This document shows, in pieces, positions 22,248-34,532 of a stretch of DNA of 64,000 nucleotides (positions are counted from its first letter, which is position 1; each line of letters starts with the position of its first letter). Source of the DNA: Selaginella moellendorffii (lineage: Eukaryota > Plantae > Lycopodiophyta); the NCBI RefSeq assembly GCF_000143415.4, contig NW_003314339.1, positions 737,751 through 801,750 on the forward strand, given 5' to 3'. A program made the position numbers and the translations under genes. The notes below the pieces were generated by a model that was given only the letters and a program-made list of their open reading frames with translations, did no database searches and was not told where the DNA came from.

Positions 22248-22684
22248 CGGACATATCGGGTGCCCGACATGTCCGGGGCCGGATATATCGGGGCCTGGAC
22301 ATGTCTGGGTGCCTGATATGTCCGGGGCCCGACATATCGGGTGCCCGACATGTTCGGGGCAGGATATATTGGGGCCCGGACATGTCCGGGGCCCGACGTA
22401 TCGGGTGCCCGACATGTCCGGGGCCCGATATATCTGGGGCCCGGACATGTCTGTGGCCCGACGTATCGGGTGCCCGACATGTCCGGGGCCCGATATATCT
22501 AGGGCCCGACATATCGGGTGCCTGACATATCCGGGGCCCGACATGTCTGGGGCCAGATATGTCGGGGCCCAGATATGTCTGGGTGCCCGACATTTCCGGG
22601 GCCGGACATGTCCGGGGCCCGATATATCTGGGGCCAGACATATCGGGTGCCCGACATATCTAGGGCCCGACATATCCAGGGCCT
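22248..22684. repeat. GC-rich, quasi-palindromic tandem repeat (16-18-bp units)
   Basis: Alternating GCCCGACATGTCCGGG / GCCCGATATATCTGGG / GCCCGACATATCGGGT units. Confidence 0.85.
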
Positions 22685-22816
22685 AAGGTATGCCACATGG
22701 CATACAAGTGCAGAAGAGGTACCTTCCAATGTCATGTCACGTGGCATGCAACCTCAAAGGTGCCACCTCTCCAAGGGTTTGTCACGTGGCATGCAACCTC
22801 CAAGATGCCACCTTTC

Positions 22817-24543
22817 TGTAAGCGACTAATTTTTCCATTTTACTTTAGTCACTTAACTGCACCTCCGACCACTTGGAGGAGTCTCATTCACAACCTCCAT
22901 AAGTCCTAGTTAGGACTTGGGGCTTGCCAGCCCTGAGAATGGCATCCATGCCACTCAACCTTTGCACTTAGTCCAAGTGCTCCATGTGTCCGATCCCATG
23001 ACCGACACCCCAAGGTACCACCGACATACCAGCCCGTTACGCTAGGCCATGCCCATTCACCTTGGTCACACCGGTGGTCTAACGCCACCTGGATCATAAT
23101 CCCGTCTCTCAAAGACTGGGCCGTCCGTCCATGAGCGATCATCCCAGATCTACTCCTTAGCATCCTTAGGATGCCCGCAGACATGGGGAATAGCCTTCCC
23201 CAACAACTCTTTTCCAATCCCCACCAAGTCCCTTTTAGTCTATGGCCGTGTTCGCCAACACTGCCACTGGATCAAGGCCCGCAGGCTTGACCGCTAAGTC
23301 CCACTATCCTTTGGGACTTCCTCACCATGTGACCGTATCCTTGGTCACTGCATTAGAGGCCTACTCCTCTTCCCTTTCAACGTTTGGGACTTTGGGACAA
23401 CATTTCGGAACACCGTGGCCTTTCGCAAGCCTCATGGGTACTCTCCCCGCCTTTCGCCTTTATGTGCTCTAGCCATGGGCTTAGAGCGAGGTTCCGTTGA
23501 GCCACGACAGGTATCCAAGTAGGTAGTGCCACTCACACTTGGACTGGGAGCATCGGCCAGTCGATCTCCCGGGGAAACTAGAGCCAGCTCTTGAACACTT
23601 CACCAAGCTACCCCGCTTGTCGGTCCGTGTTCACTCTAGTTTTGGACTTCCCAGTGGGCAGCTCATCACCCAACACTGGGTCCGGCCTTCCTGGGCCAAA
23701 CTGGCCTTTCCTGACCAAACTGGCTCCACTGCAGTCCTCCCCCCACTATACTTTTGGAGCTCACCAAACCCCCCAGGGTCTGGGAGACGAACGCTTTGGG
23801 CTTTCACCCTCTCAGACTCGAACTTGGACTCGGATTCGGACTCGGACTCGGACTCGGACTCGGACTCGGATTTGGACTCGGACTCGGACTCGGACTCGGA
23901 CTCGGACTCGGGCTCGGGCTCGGGCTCGGTCTCAGCCTCGGCCTCGGTCTTGGTCTCAGTCCCGATCTCGGTCTTGGTCTTGGTCCCGGTCTTGGTCCCG
24001 GTCTCGGTCTCGACTTCGGACTCCATCTCGGGTCCATCTCGGACTCCATCTCGGACTCCATCTCGGGTCCATCTCGGACTCCATCTCGGACTCCATCTCG
24101 GGTCCATCTCGGACTCCATCTCGGACTCCATCTCGGGTCCATCTGGGGTCCATCTCGGACTCCATCTCGGGTCCATTTCGGGTCCATCTCGGACTCCATC
24201 TCGGGTCCGTCTCGGACTCAATCTCAGATCCATCTCGGTCCACCTTGGACTCCACCTCGGACTCCACTTCGGACTCCACATCGGACTCCAACTCGGGTCC
24301 ATCTCAGACACTTTCACGTGTCATGTGTTAGTCCTTTTTTGGGTCCCCTTTTTGGAGCTTCGCTTATGGCTCGCTTTGTGCTCATTCCTCAAGCACTTTG
24401 TTAGGGGTTCCACTCCCGCTCTCAACCTTTCAAGGCGGAGCTTTTAGTCCAAACGTGTTACGCTCGTTTGGCTTTCGCTTCGGCCACTACCACGTGGTGC
24501 CCCTCCGGCTCTACTTTGGGGCCTAGGGATTTTGTGTCTCACA
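22817..24543 (-). mobile_element. Family B 3' LTR
   Basis: Full ~1.7-kb LTR with TG...CA ends; a purine-rich GGGTGGTGGAAT precedes it on the minus strand (24544-24555, PPT-like). Confidence 0.88.
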
Positions 24544-26714
24544 ATTCCACCACCCATAGATGAAGTTCGATGTCCTCATCGAACGGTAAACCCTTTCATA
24601 AAGTAACACCCTTATGTGTTACCATTTCCATCCTTGGCACCCAGCCAATATCTGTCTATGGTTTGACATCAAAGGCTCACCATGCCTTGTCCATCCTCTA
24701 AGGAGCATAGCCTCTCCAACTTAGAGGCTCATTTGACCACTTGTGGTGGTTCTCTCCTTTTATTGGTTTAGTTCTCACTAAACTTGTTAAAGACACCTTC
24801 TCTAACTCGATCCCACTACTCGTTCTCAAGTGGTCTCACTTTCCAGCACTATAACCCTTGCATTTTGGAACTTTTAATTCTGACTTCTCGAAGTCAATTT
24901 CCTAGGTGTCTCCGACACCTTGCATTGCACATATTGTGCAACTCCACTTCCTCATCCTAAGAAGTTCTCCACTTGAGGGCACCATCATCCTCTGTTCGAT
25001 TTCATGCCACCTTTGGGCACGGAGTTCCAGTTATCATATTGTGTGCTAGGGCTGTCCATGGCCCTATCTTTTGGCTACTTTGCTGCTCCCTCACCGTGAG
25101 TTTTACTTCGCCAAATTAGAGCACTTAGGAATCCATTCTTGGAAGTTCCCTTCCTTTCCCACAAGCCGTTAGCATCAAAAACATTAGTGTTCCTTGGCTA
25201 ACTTTGCCATTTGGATCCCTTTCATTAAATTCTATGGCCCAAACTTGGCCACTAGTCCTTTGCTCCTATCCTTGATTGTTGCACCCAACAACATAGGATC
25301 GCTAACTCCATTTTTGAGGTATCCTTTCGGTTCCATAGCAAAGACTCTTCTTTGCCAAGTCCGGAGGACGTTCACCTCTAGTACGTCTCTTTAGCATCTT
25401 CTGCTATGGGCTCTATCCACGGCCCAACTTCGTGACCCTCCCATGGGTCTCTTATAGAGACTACTTTCCTTGGACACACTATGCCATCGCACGGACATAG
25501 TTTATTTCCCTTAGGTGCTCTTCCCACTTGGTCATCATGACTAAGCCACACCACTTTAAATAGTTCAATTTCAACATTTTGAACCAGGAACTTCATTCCT
25601 TAGCCAACCAAGGACCTTGTCCTTATTTGGCCATACGATCACCTAGTGATCTCACCTTGGCACCTTAATAGAGTTGCCAAGAGGTACTTGGTCTTCTAGA
25701 CCTTCAAATTGTTGACTATAACCCCGGGGGCATCCCCCACACTTGGCGGTGCACCCAAGCCAACCCTTACGGCCAAGGGTTCATAGCAACTGAGATTAAG
25801 TGTCCCCATCTCACTCACCACGTCCTTGGTGCCACTTGCACCAAAGCATTCAAGTTAGATATGCCGAGCTTTCACACTAAGCAATCTAATCGTGCATCAT
25901 GACTCCGAGGCATCCCTCGCTTGGCGGTGTGCCCAAACCAATCTCCACACTGAGAGTCCATGACCACCGAAATATGAGTATCCTTATATTCCAAACCATC
26001 ACCACGCCCTAGTGATTTGGGACTCGAACCCAAGCACTAGAGGGTTGGGACTCGAACCCAACCTCCGTATATGCATCTACGGACGGCATCACCCAGGATG
26101 CCTGGCGTGCGGTGCACCAACTTATACTCAAAGCGCGCTATAGATCACAGCTTAGGAACCTAGTTCCTCCCCACTGCCAAGTCCTCTCACTTGACAAGCC
26201 TGTGATCATGCATGGACTCCTCCATGCTTGGCCCCATGGCCCACCCCTTTTGAAGTTATCACCTTCAACTAGGGTATTTGTTCCCCTGACTTGCCAATCT
26301 CGCTTTGGCAAGTCCTCCGACCACTGTAACATGGTTCCTGCACAAGCGTGAAAGCCCTTGATCATCGACTTTCATTCAAAGCCCTCTCTTTGAACACTCG
26401 GGAACTATTTCCCTAACCTTGATAGCCTTACCTCATGGCCAGCTTCAAGACCACGCTTCTGCTGCGCCACTCTGATTTTGCGCGTTCCTTGAACCATTTA
26501 CGCTTGGCCTTTCTAGGTACTAAGCTACCTAGAATCTTCTTTGCGAACCTTGAAGGAATTTTGTCCCTTAGCTTGCTAAAGCCTCCCTTTTTGCAAACTT
26601 TCCAATTGCCATATAGTCTAACATGGACAATTCCATATTTTAGACTCTCGGTTGTTAGCGGCAACACCCTCGAGCCCCCACTTGATTCTCCACTCCCAGT
26701 TGGCATAACCAACC
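24544..26714 (-). mobile_element. Family B internal region (continues at 46227-46655), host of two chromovirus insertions
   Basis: Sequence resumes after TSD CAACC and is colinear with 14736-15726. Confidence 0.8.
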
Positions 26715-27874
26715 TGTAAGGAACCAACTCGCCGAGGTGTCGCAGGCTAAAGGAACCCCGAAAGCATGACCAAAATGACAAAGAGTTCATCGGATGGGAC
26801 CAAGTCGAGGATCGAGTCCAAGACCGACTCTAGGACCGAGTTCAAGATAGAGTCCGGAATCGAGTCCGAGACCGACTCGGGGACCGAGTTCGAGTCCGAG
26901 TTCGAGACCGAGTTCGAGACGGAGTCCGAGATCCAAAATCGGGTCCGAGACCGAGTCCGAGGTCGAGTCCGAGGTCGGGTCCAAGATCGGGTTCGAGATC
27001 GAGTCCGAGATCGAGTCCGAGACCGAATCCGAAGTCGGATCTGAAATCGGGTCCGAGATCGAGCCAGAGATTAAGTCCAAATACTAATACGGGTCAAAGG
27101 GTGAAAGCCCAAAGCGTGTGTCTCCCAGAGGGGGGGGGGGGCTGCAGGGGGTTCCAAAAGTATAGTAGGGATAGTGAGGTCCAGGAACCAGTTTAGAAGG
27201 GACTCTCCAGTGGGGCTCCCAAACTGACTTGAGGTTGGGACTGGGACCGAGGGGCCTTGGGTGGGAGTGAGCATGGACTTGGTTGGTGCCGGAGGGGCCA
27301 TCCAAGGAAGTGCTCAAGAGCAGCTCCCACTCCCGAAAGGGAAACCGATTGCGGTGCTCCCGGCTCATGTGGAGTGGTGCCCCACTTGAGTACCATGCGG
27401 CTCATTGGTCCTCGCCCTTCCTAGGGGCTTGGGCCTTCCTTCGGCATGGAAGTGGGGGGGGTAAAGGTACCCATACCGGGCCGCTAGGCCACGGTGTTTT
27501 GCCCCGGTGTCCCGAAGCAAGTGTTGCACTCAAGACTTGGGATTTAGAGGGTCCCATGATCAAGTCTTGTGGTACCAAGGGAAGTTAGGAACCTGAAAGC
27601 TTGGTGTGCTTGGCTGCTTGTGCTTGCGGGGAGTGTAGCCGAACCTTAAGTCCAGTCTAAGCCGGGGAGGGGGATTGGGAGAGAGTGGGAATCCGTGGAT
27701 GGTGGCTAACACTCCGTTGCTCGTGCAGTGAGTAGCTGAAAGCAAGTAGGACCAAGTAGGAGCTGGTACTATAGGCGAGAACCTTGGCGAGGAAACTTGG
27801 CAAAAGCCAAGGCAGTGTCGGACGGATAGACGAGGTGAGCTAGCAAATTGGAAAGGAAAAATTTGTGGCTTACA
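26715..27874 (+). repeat. Family A 5' LTR (1160 bp)
   Basis: TGTAAGG...GGCTTACA, followed by PBS TGGTATCGGAGCC at 27878-27890. Confidence 0.9.
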
Positions 27875-27933
27875 ATTTGGTATCGGAGCCTTTTCCTCAG
27901 TTCTAGCGAAGGATAGAGGCGGATTGCTGGGAG

Positions 27934-29329
27934 ATGGCAAGGGCAGGGCGTAAGCGAACCCAGGCGGAGACGGAACCTCCGCCAGAGCTAGAGCCTCCGG
28001 TTGAACAAGAGGCTATGGATGAGGAATCCTTGCACGAGGAGGACTCCAGTGAGGAAACTTCCAAACAGGAGTCCGGTGGCGAGGTTCGGTCATCCAAGGC
28101 TTGATTGGACGTGCTAGAAGGACAGTTGGCACAGACCAATGCCCTGCTGGAGACTCTCGTACGCAAGTTAAAGCGTGACGAGAAGCGAAAGAAAAAGCGA
28201 AAGACTGCGGATGCTGGCAGCGCAGAAGGTGCGGACCCTTCGGCAGGGACTGAGGCAAAACCAGACAAGGTCGAACAGACCGAAGTGGAATCAGTCCCTC
28301 AGGCAGTTCCCAAGTACAAACCAAAGCCCCCACCGGTGTTCAAGGGAGTGAACGACTATAAGGTTGTGGAGGATTGGTTTTACGATATGGAGAACTACTT
28401 CCAAGCGTTGCGGTTACCGAGCTTGGAGAAGGTCCTATGTGCAAAACCATACTTGGCAGATAATGCCAAGTCTTGGTGGAGAACAACGGAGGCCAACGAA
28501 GGACCGGTGGCCACCTGGGACATGATGAAGGCGAGAATCCGCGCAACATACGTTCCTCCGAATGCCACTCTGCATCTGAGAGATGAGCTGAGTAGGCTGA
28601 AGCAAACTGGAACCATCCAGGAATATGTGCATGGGTTCATGGCAAAGAGGATACTTGTCACGGACATGGGGGATATGGATGCGTTCCATGCCTTTATATC
28701 AGGTTTGCAAACCTGGGCTCGCGGTGAGGTGATGCGCTGGAACCCGACCAACTACAAGGAAGCGTTGGATGCGGCCATCAAGGTGCATTTCAACGATAAC
28801 CTGCGAAAGGGGAACACGACGGGGTCGGGATCCACGTTTAGCAAAGGGGCCAAACCAAGGGGAACGTATAGCAAGGGGAAATTCAAGAAGAGTTTTTCTA
28901 AGAATGAGTCCTCGGGGTTCCGGAAAGGCAAATCCAGTGGCCAGCGAGCGAGTACGTGGGGGAGTCAAGCGAAAAAAGACAAACCCACGGATAAGAAGGT
29001 CAAGTTGTATAGCAGCGTGGGAAACAACGTATGCTACAACTGCGGCGAAGCGGGACACTTCTCGAGGGAATGTCCCTACCCGAAGAAGGCCAGAGCCAAT
29101 ATGGGCATCAAGTCGGGTGAAGTCCAAACTGAGGTATGTGATCCAGTCCCTAACTCAAAGTTACTCATTACACGAGCAACTTTGGTAGAGAGTCGTTCGC
29201 GACATCTACTAGCCCTCCGAGGGAAGCTCGGAGGTAGCTTTGTTAATATCCTTATTGACACGGGTGCTTCGGATAATTTTGTGGCTGCAGACATAGTCCA
29301 GCAAGCCGAACTAACGGTGCAGCGGCTAG
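27934..29329 (+). pseudogene. gag: Gag (capsid + CCHC zinc knuckle) and N-terminal half of aspartic protease
   Basis: CYNCGEAGHFSREC, LKQTGTIQEY, ILIDTGASDNFV; CGA>TGA stop at 28102; cut by the TIR at 29330. Confidence 0.92.
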
Positions 29330-30994
29330 AAGCTCTATTTCGTTAAAGTGGGATTTATTCAGTAAAATGGGACTAGGTACAAATTTTCAAGTATTTGAAA
29401 ATGACGTGAAATTATATGTTTTTTGTCCAGGGGCTAGACATATCTGGGGCATGGTGACTAGCGCGGTGACTTTATGTCCAGACTGTGTCCATCTGGTTGT
29501 ATAATAAATCTCATTGTCAAGGTGAACAAGCCGAATCTAAAGCTAAAGAAGAGCGATGGCATGCGCGCACACACTATTTGTTTGTTCATTGAGCGTGTGG
29601 TGAGCTTTCCAAGATGAATGTCATTCCTATTAGCCAGACATATAACTTAATGGTGAGAACATTTAGATATTATTCAATGTTATCTTTTTCTAACGAATCT
29701 AATTGTGAAGGTGTAGCAAGAGGCATTGCTAGTCTGGAGAAGTCATTTAACTCATTTGACCCTTAGTGTATTTTCATTAAACTAAATAACATTCATATTA
29801 TTAAGGAATTTCTCTAGTACCTTTTTTTTACGACATAGAGGCTTGCATTTCTTTCAAAGGTGATTTAGTAAAAGGCCTGAGGGCACATGCCATTCTATTT
29901 CTCAGACCGGTATTAAGATATACTAGTGCAAAGGGAAAAAGGTATTTGGTGATCAAGTAAATGGCATGAGGGCACACGCCATTATAAGCCTAAGCGCTAG
30001 TGGACACCTCCTTTTTGGTACTCTCAGCGGTACTATCATCCTTCTCCGGGTCAGTTGTTTTGCTTTGGATTGTTGTCTCTGACGTTACTGGGGCGTTCTC
30101 GATAGTTGTTAATGTTGCCGTTTGTTCAGAAAAATGATCACCTGGAGTATAGTACGGGGAGTTTGGAAGACTTATATATTCTACATCTTCACGTATCTCC
30201 TTGTCCGTCTCCTTTTCTGCCTCACTTACAGATTTTGTGCTTGCCATGAGAATGCTCTTCACCCTAAAATATGGAGTTCGTTGTGTTATAAAAGGAAACC
30301 AACACACACGCTGCAAGGGAATGATGGTACATAAAGCACGTAAGCCCACAATATGGGTTTATGTGCCATTAATATGGGCCACACGCCATATTATTAGATT
30401 TATGCACGTGTGATTGGTAAATGCATATGTCACATCATCTTTGTTTTACCTCACACACTATATCAGGCCTAATGAACCATATCACATGTGCGCACATGCT
30501 ATATATATGGAGAAGTATTATGCAAGGATAGAAAAATTCAATGCATGATTGTGGAGAGCAATGGCATGAAGCCACATGCTAAATAACATTTTAGAGAAAG
30601 AATTAAAATAAAAACATGCAAACAGTACTAAGTGGACCAAGACTTAGAAGTGCACAATTGAATGAGGTATTTCTAATAAATATTTCACTCACCTCATATA
30701 GGAATGGCTACCACTCTCAAATGGCGTATTGCCTCATGCCATCACCTCGCAATTTGTTATAACAATCCGATGAATTCATATTCAGCTTGTTCACCTTAAA
30801 CTTTAAGTAAGATTTGCTAGAACAACTAAGAATTTATACTTGTTATTTGTATCATCTCACCTAGGAATGGCGTAAGGCCACATGCCATCACGCCTCCTCT
30901 GATTCAGATTCGGATTGTTCACCTTGAAATAAAATACATTAGAAACTTAGTAAAGGAATATTCATGAATCTCACCTTGAACCCGGGTTATGAAT

Positions 30995-31446
30995 TGTAAG
31001 CGACTATATTTTCCATTCTACTTTAGTCACTTAACCACACCTCTGACCACTTGGAGGAGTCTCATTCACAACCTCCATAAGTCCAATCCAGGACTTGGGA
31101 CTTGCTAGCCCCGAGAATGGCATCCATGCCACTCAACATTTGCACTTGGTCCAAGTGCTCCACGTGTCCGATCCCATGACCGACACTCAAAGGTACCACC
31201 GACATAGCAGCCCGTTACGCTAAGGCTATGCCCAATCACCTTTGCCACACTGGTAGTCCAATACCACTTGCATCACCGACATAGCAGCCCGTTACGCTAA
31301 GGCTATGCCCAATCACCTTTGCCACACTGGTAGTCCAATACCACTTGCATCACCGACATAGCAGCCCGTTACGCTAAGGCTATGCCCAATCACCTTTGCC
31401 ACACTGGTAGTCCAATACCACTTGCATCACCGTCTTGGCTCTCCAA
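30995..31446 (-). mobile_element. Truncated family B LTR with a 77-bp triplication, replacing most of the transposase
   Basis: Starts TGTAAGCGACT; repeat units begin at 31199, 31276 and 31353; joins the transposase 5' remnant (31444-31628) through CAA microhomology. Confidence 0.88.
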
Positions 31447-34400
31447 CTCCAATATCATCCCAGCCCAATTCTTGATTAGCAACCGCATCTCTTGGATCGA
31501 CAACTGTGGCTAAGCCCTCAGCTACCACCTCCCCCTCGGGGTTGTTTAGAAACACCTTTGCCTGAATCCATGTAGCACGGTTCTTAAGATCCACGGAAGG
31601 AACATGCGTCGCACTTGCGGAAGCCATTCTGAAAGTGCAGAAAAGAAGTTAAGACCATACAAAAAATGATTGGAGAATGGCCTAAATCATAACATACCAA
31701 ACAACCTCAATAGCATGAGGCCACATGCCATTATTCAAACATGCTATTGACACCCACGTGAAATTTCGCATTCACAAAATTGGCATGAGGCCTCATGCCA
31801 TCTTGATATACACACAGCTGCAAGCAAGTAAAAACATACATGACAATACGCTAGCCATGAAATTGCAAGGGCCCAAAATGGCATGTGGCCTCATGCCATT
31901 TCTAAATGTGGTCCTAAGCCATTCCATGGTGAACATACCAGGAAGCACAAGTGCCGAATATCAAGAGGAAGCGGTAGCCACACCAAAGACAGTGCCGCTC
32001 GCAACACCGCAACTACTCGTAGCGCCGCTCGCAACACCGCAACTGCTCGTAGCGCCGCTCGCACAAACTGCCACTCGCATAAACTGCCGCTCGCAATGGC
32101 ACTCGCAATGCCGCAACCGCTCGTAGACGCATAAACCACAGCTCACAACGCTGCTTACACAAGCAGCGCTCACTGCGCTCAGCGGAACCAAGAACACGGC
32201 GCACAAAAATGATAGACCTAGGAATGAGTTCGAGAATTCAAAAATAACACATGCTTGAATGTCACATTAAATCCTCTGACAAACCAGATTTTATGACTTC
32301 TCTGACAAATTTCAAACTGAGTAGCTTCTAGACTTTGCTGTCGGAGGTTGAACTTTGTCACATCATGTCCTTGCCTCGATCCAGCTGTGCCATGTCAGTG
32401 ATTCGAACTTTGCCATGCCATGTCAGCGATCCGCGCCAAGATTATTTGCCGTGTAAAGGAATAATTATGCTGTGTGTGTACGTCCATTTATGCCAATATA
32501 AGGCCACACGCCATTCAAAGAATAATGCTAGTCGAGCATTTTTTGGTGCATTTTTGGGTTCAAAATTGCATGAGCCCACACGCTATAAAGTTTACCTGTA
32601 CCAAAAATAGAAACAGCTTTATTTACTTGGGAATTTAAGTGGTTGAGGCATTTTTAAACTTACAAACACATGCCCTACTTACATTCCTTTGGTTGCTTAA
32701 AATTCAAAAATATTATAAACCTTTCTTTTTGCATTTTCAATGTTTTCAATTATGGTTTTTGATTTTCGCAGGACCAGCCTAGTAATCTATTTGCATCCCG
32801 TCATGTTTATAGCTAGCTTTCGTTTGTCCCCTTCGCTAGCCTGAGATACATCTGCTCGGCATCTGCCTCTTACAGCATTTGCCCAGAAAGGGCATCTTTC
32901 TTCACGCAGCATTTGCCACATGTTTAGGGTTTAGGGTTTCGGGTTTAGCAATTCAGTAGCTTGATAAACATGCAAATACAAAACTTGATGCAAAATCCTT
33001 TGATATGTCACAATGCCCCTAGGACCATAAACACATTTCAATAAAAAGGGTCCTTTCATTTCATAACTCCTTACGTAGATCTTGGTGAAACCAGAGTTAG
33101 TGAAGTTAGTTTCTTGTGATCCCGCATCTGATTGTGATGTCCCTTTGCAGTGTCGATGGAAAGGTCAATGGACACCAAACTATAAAATCTTGGAGCAAAA
33201 TAACGGTCGGATCTATGGCAAATGCCCCTGAAACATTGTAAGGCTCGTGTGGTCTCATGTGGTGTCCGATCGAGATGCTTCTTTGCAGGGTCATCAAGAA
33301 AGACATTGTATACCATTCTGTAAAATCTAGTTGCGATCTAACGGTTGGATCTCCAGAAAACTCAAAAAAATCTCACGCGTGTCAGAATATCCTAGGAATA
33401 TACTCCTATGTGACCCTGAAAATGGCATGCGGCCCCACGCCATTCAAGAGATAACGCCAGATGACGCCGAGAATTTTTTGGTGCATTTTTTGGGTTCAAA
33501 ATTGCATGAGCCCACACGCTATAAAGTTTATCTTTGCCAAATAGAGAAAAGTTTATCTGTGTCATGTGAAGTAGTTACAGTCCTTTGTGCTCGGCATCTG
33601 CCTCTTGCAGCATTTGCACTGAAAGGGAATTTTTCTCCATTCAGCATTTGGCCCTGAAAATGGCATGCGCCCACACGCCATTCAAGGAATAACGCCACAG
33701 GACGCCTGGATTTTTGGGTTTAAAATGTTTAGGGTTTTATGGGTTTTTTCAAAATATTTTGGGTCCAACGTTTTTTGGGTTTCTTTGGTTCAAAATTGCA
33801 TGAGCCCACACGCTATAATATTGATTTGAGAGAAAAATAGAAACAGATAGAATTTCTTTATTTAGCTGAACATCTGCCATTTTTGGAAATACAAGATGCT
33901 TTGGAATATCCAATCATGCATGGTATAAATATAGCGAGGGTATTAAATGATATCCCAATCATGATCTTTCTTTTGGATTTCGCGTGCATGCAGTCCGAGG
34001 AATGATGACGTTGCGGATTTCTTTTGGATTTTGCGTGCTTGCATGCGCGCGGCAATCCAGAAATTAATGGTGGCGCCCAAGTCCGAGGAATGATGACGTG
34101 GCGGGATTACCAACCGTCGTGACATTTCGCGCATGGTAGGTTAGGTTTTGCATTTTGCTTCGTACTCGCGCTCGCACACTCGCGCTCGCATCGCGCTCCC
34201 ACTCGCGATCACGCTCACATTCGCACTCATCTACCTTCTCTACAGGTTTCTCATGTGCATCGGCGTCCACTCACGCTTGCATCACACTTGCACTCGCATC
34301 GCGCTCGTGTGCATCGGCGTCCACTTCAAGACACACCCAGTTTGTAACTTCGCCACCAACTCCGCCGCCCACTCCGCCACCCACACGCAGCCCACTTGGC

Positions 34401-34532
34401 GTCTCGGGAGATTTCAGCGCCACTCTCCAACTATAAGTGGCAAAGTAGCCTTGCTGCTACGATCCACTGCACACACAGTGCACATTCGCCAGCGAGTCCG
34501 GCCTTGATTGTCACGCCTCCATTCGGCTTCAA

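Noticed and set aside
13830-24447. Long ORFs rich in SD/GL/RT/SRTP repeats, on both strands (also 38031-39191, 57995-58780)
   Set aside because: They arise from stop-free 6- and 12-bp repeat arrays (GGACTC, CCATCTCGGACT) inside LTRs, and their frames differ between copies.
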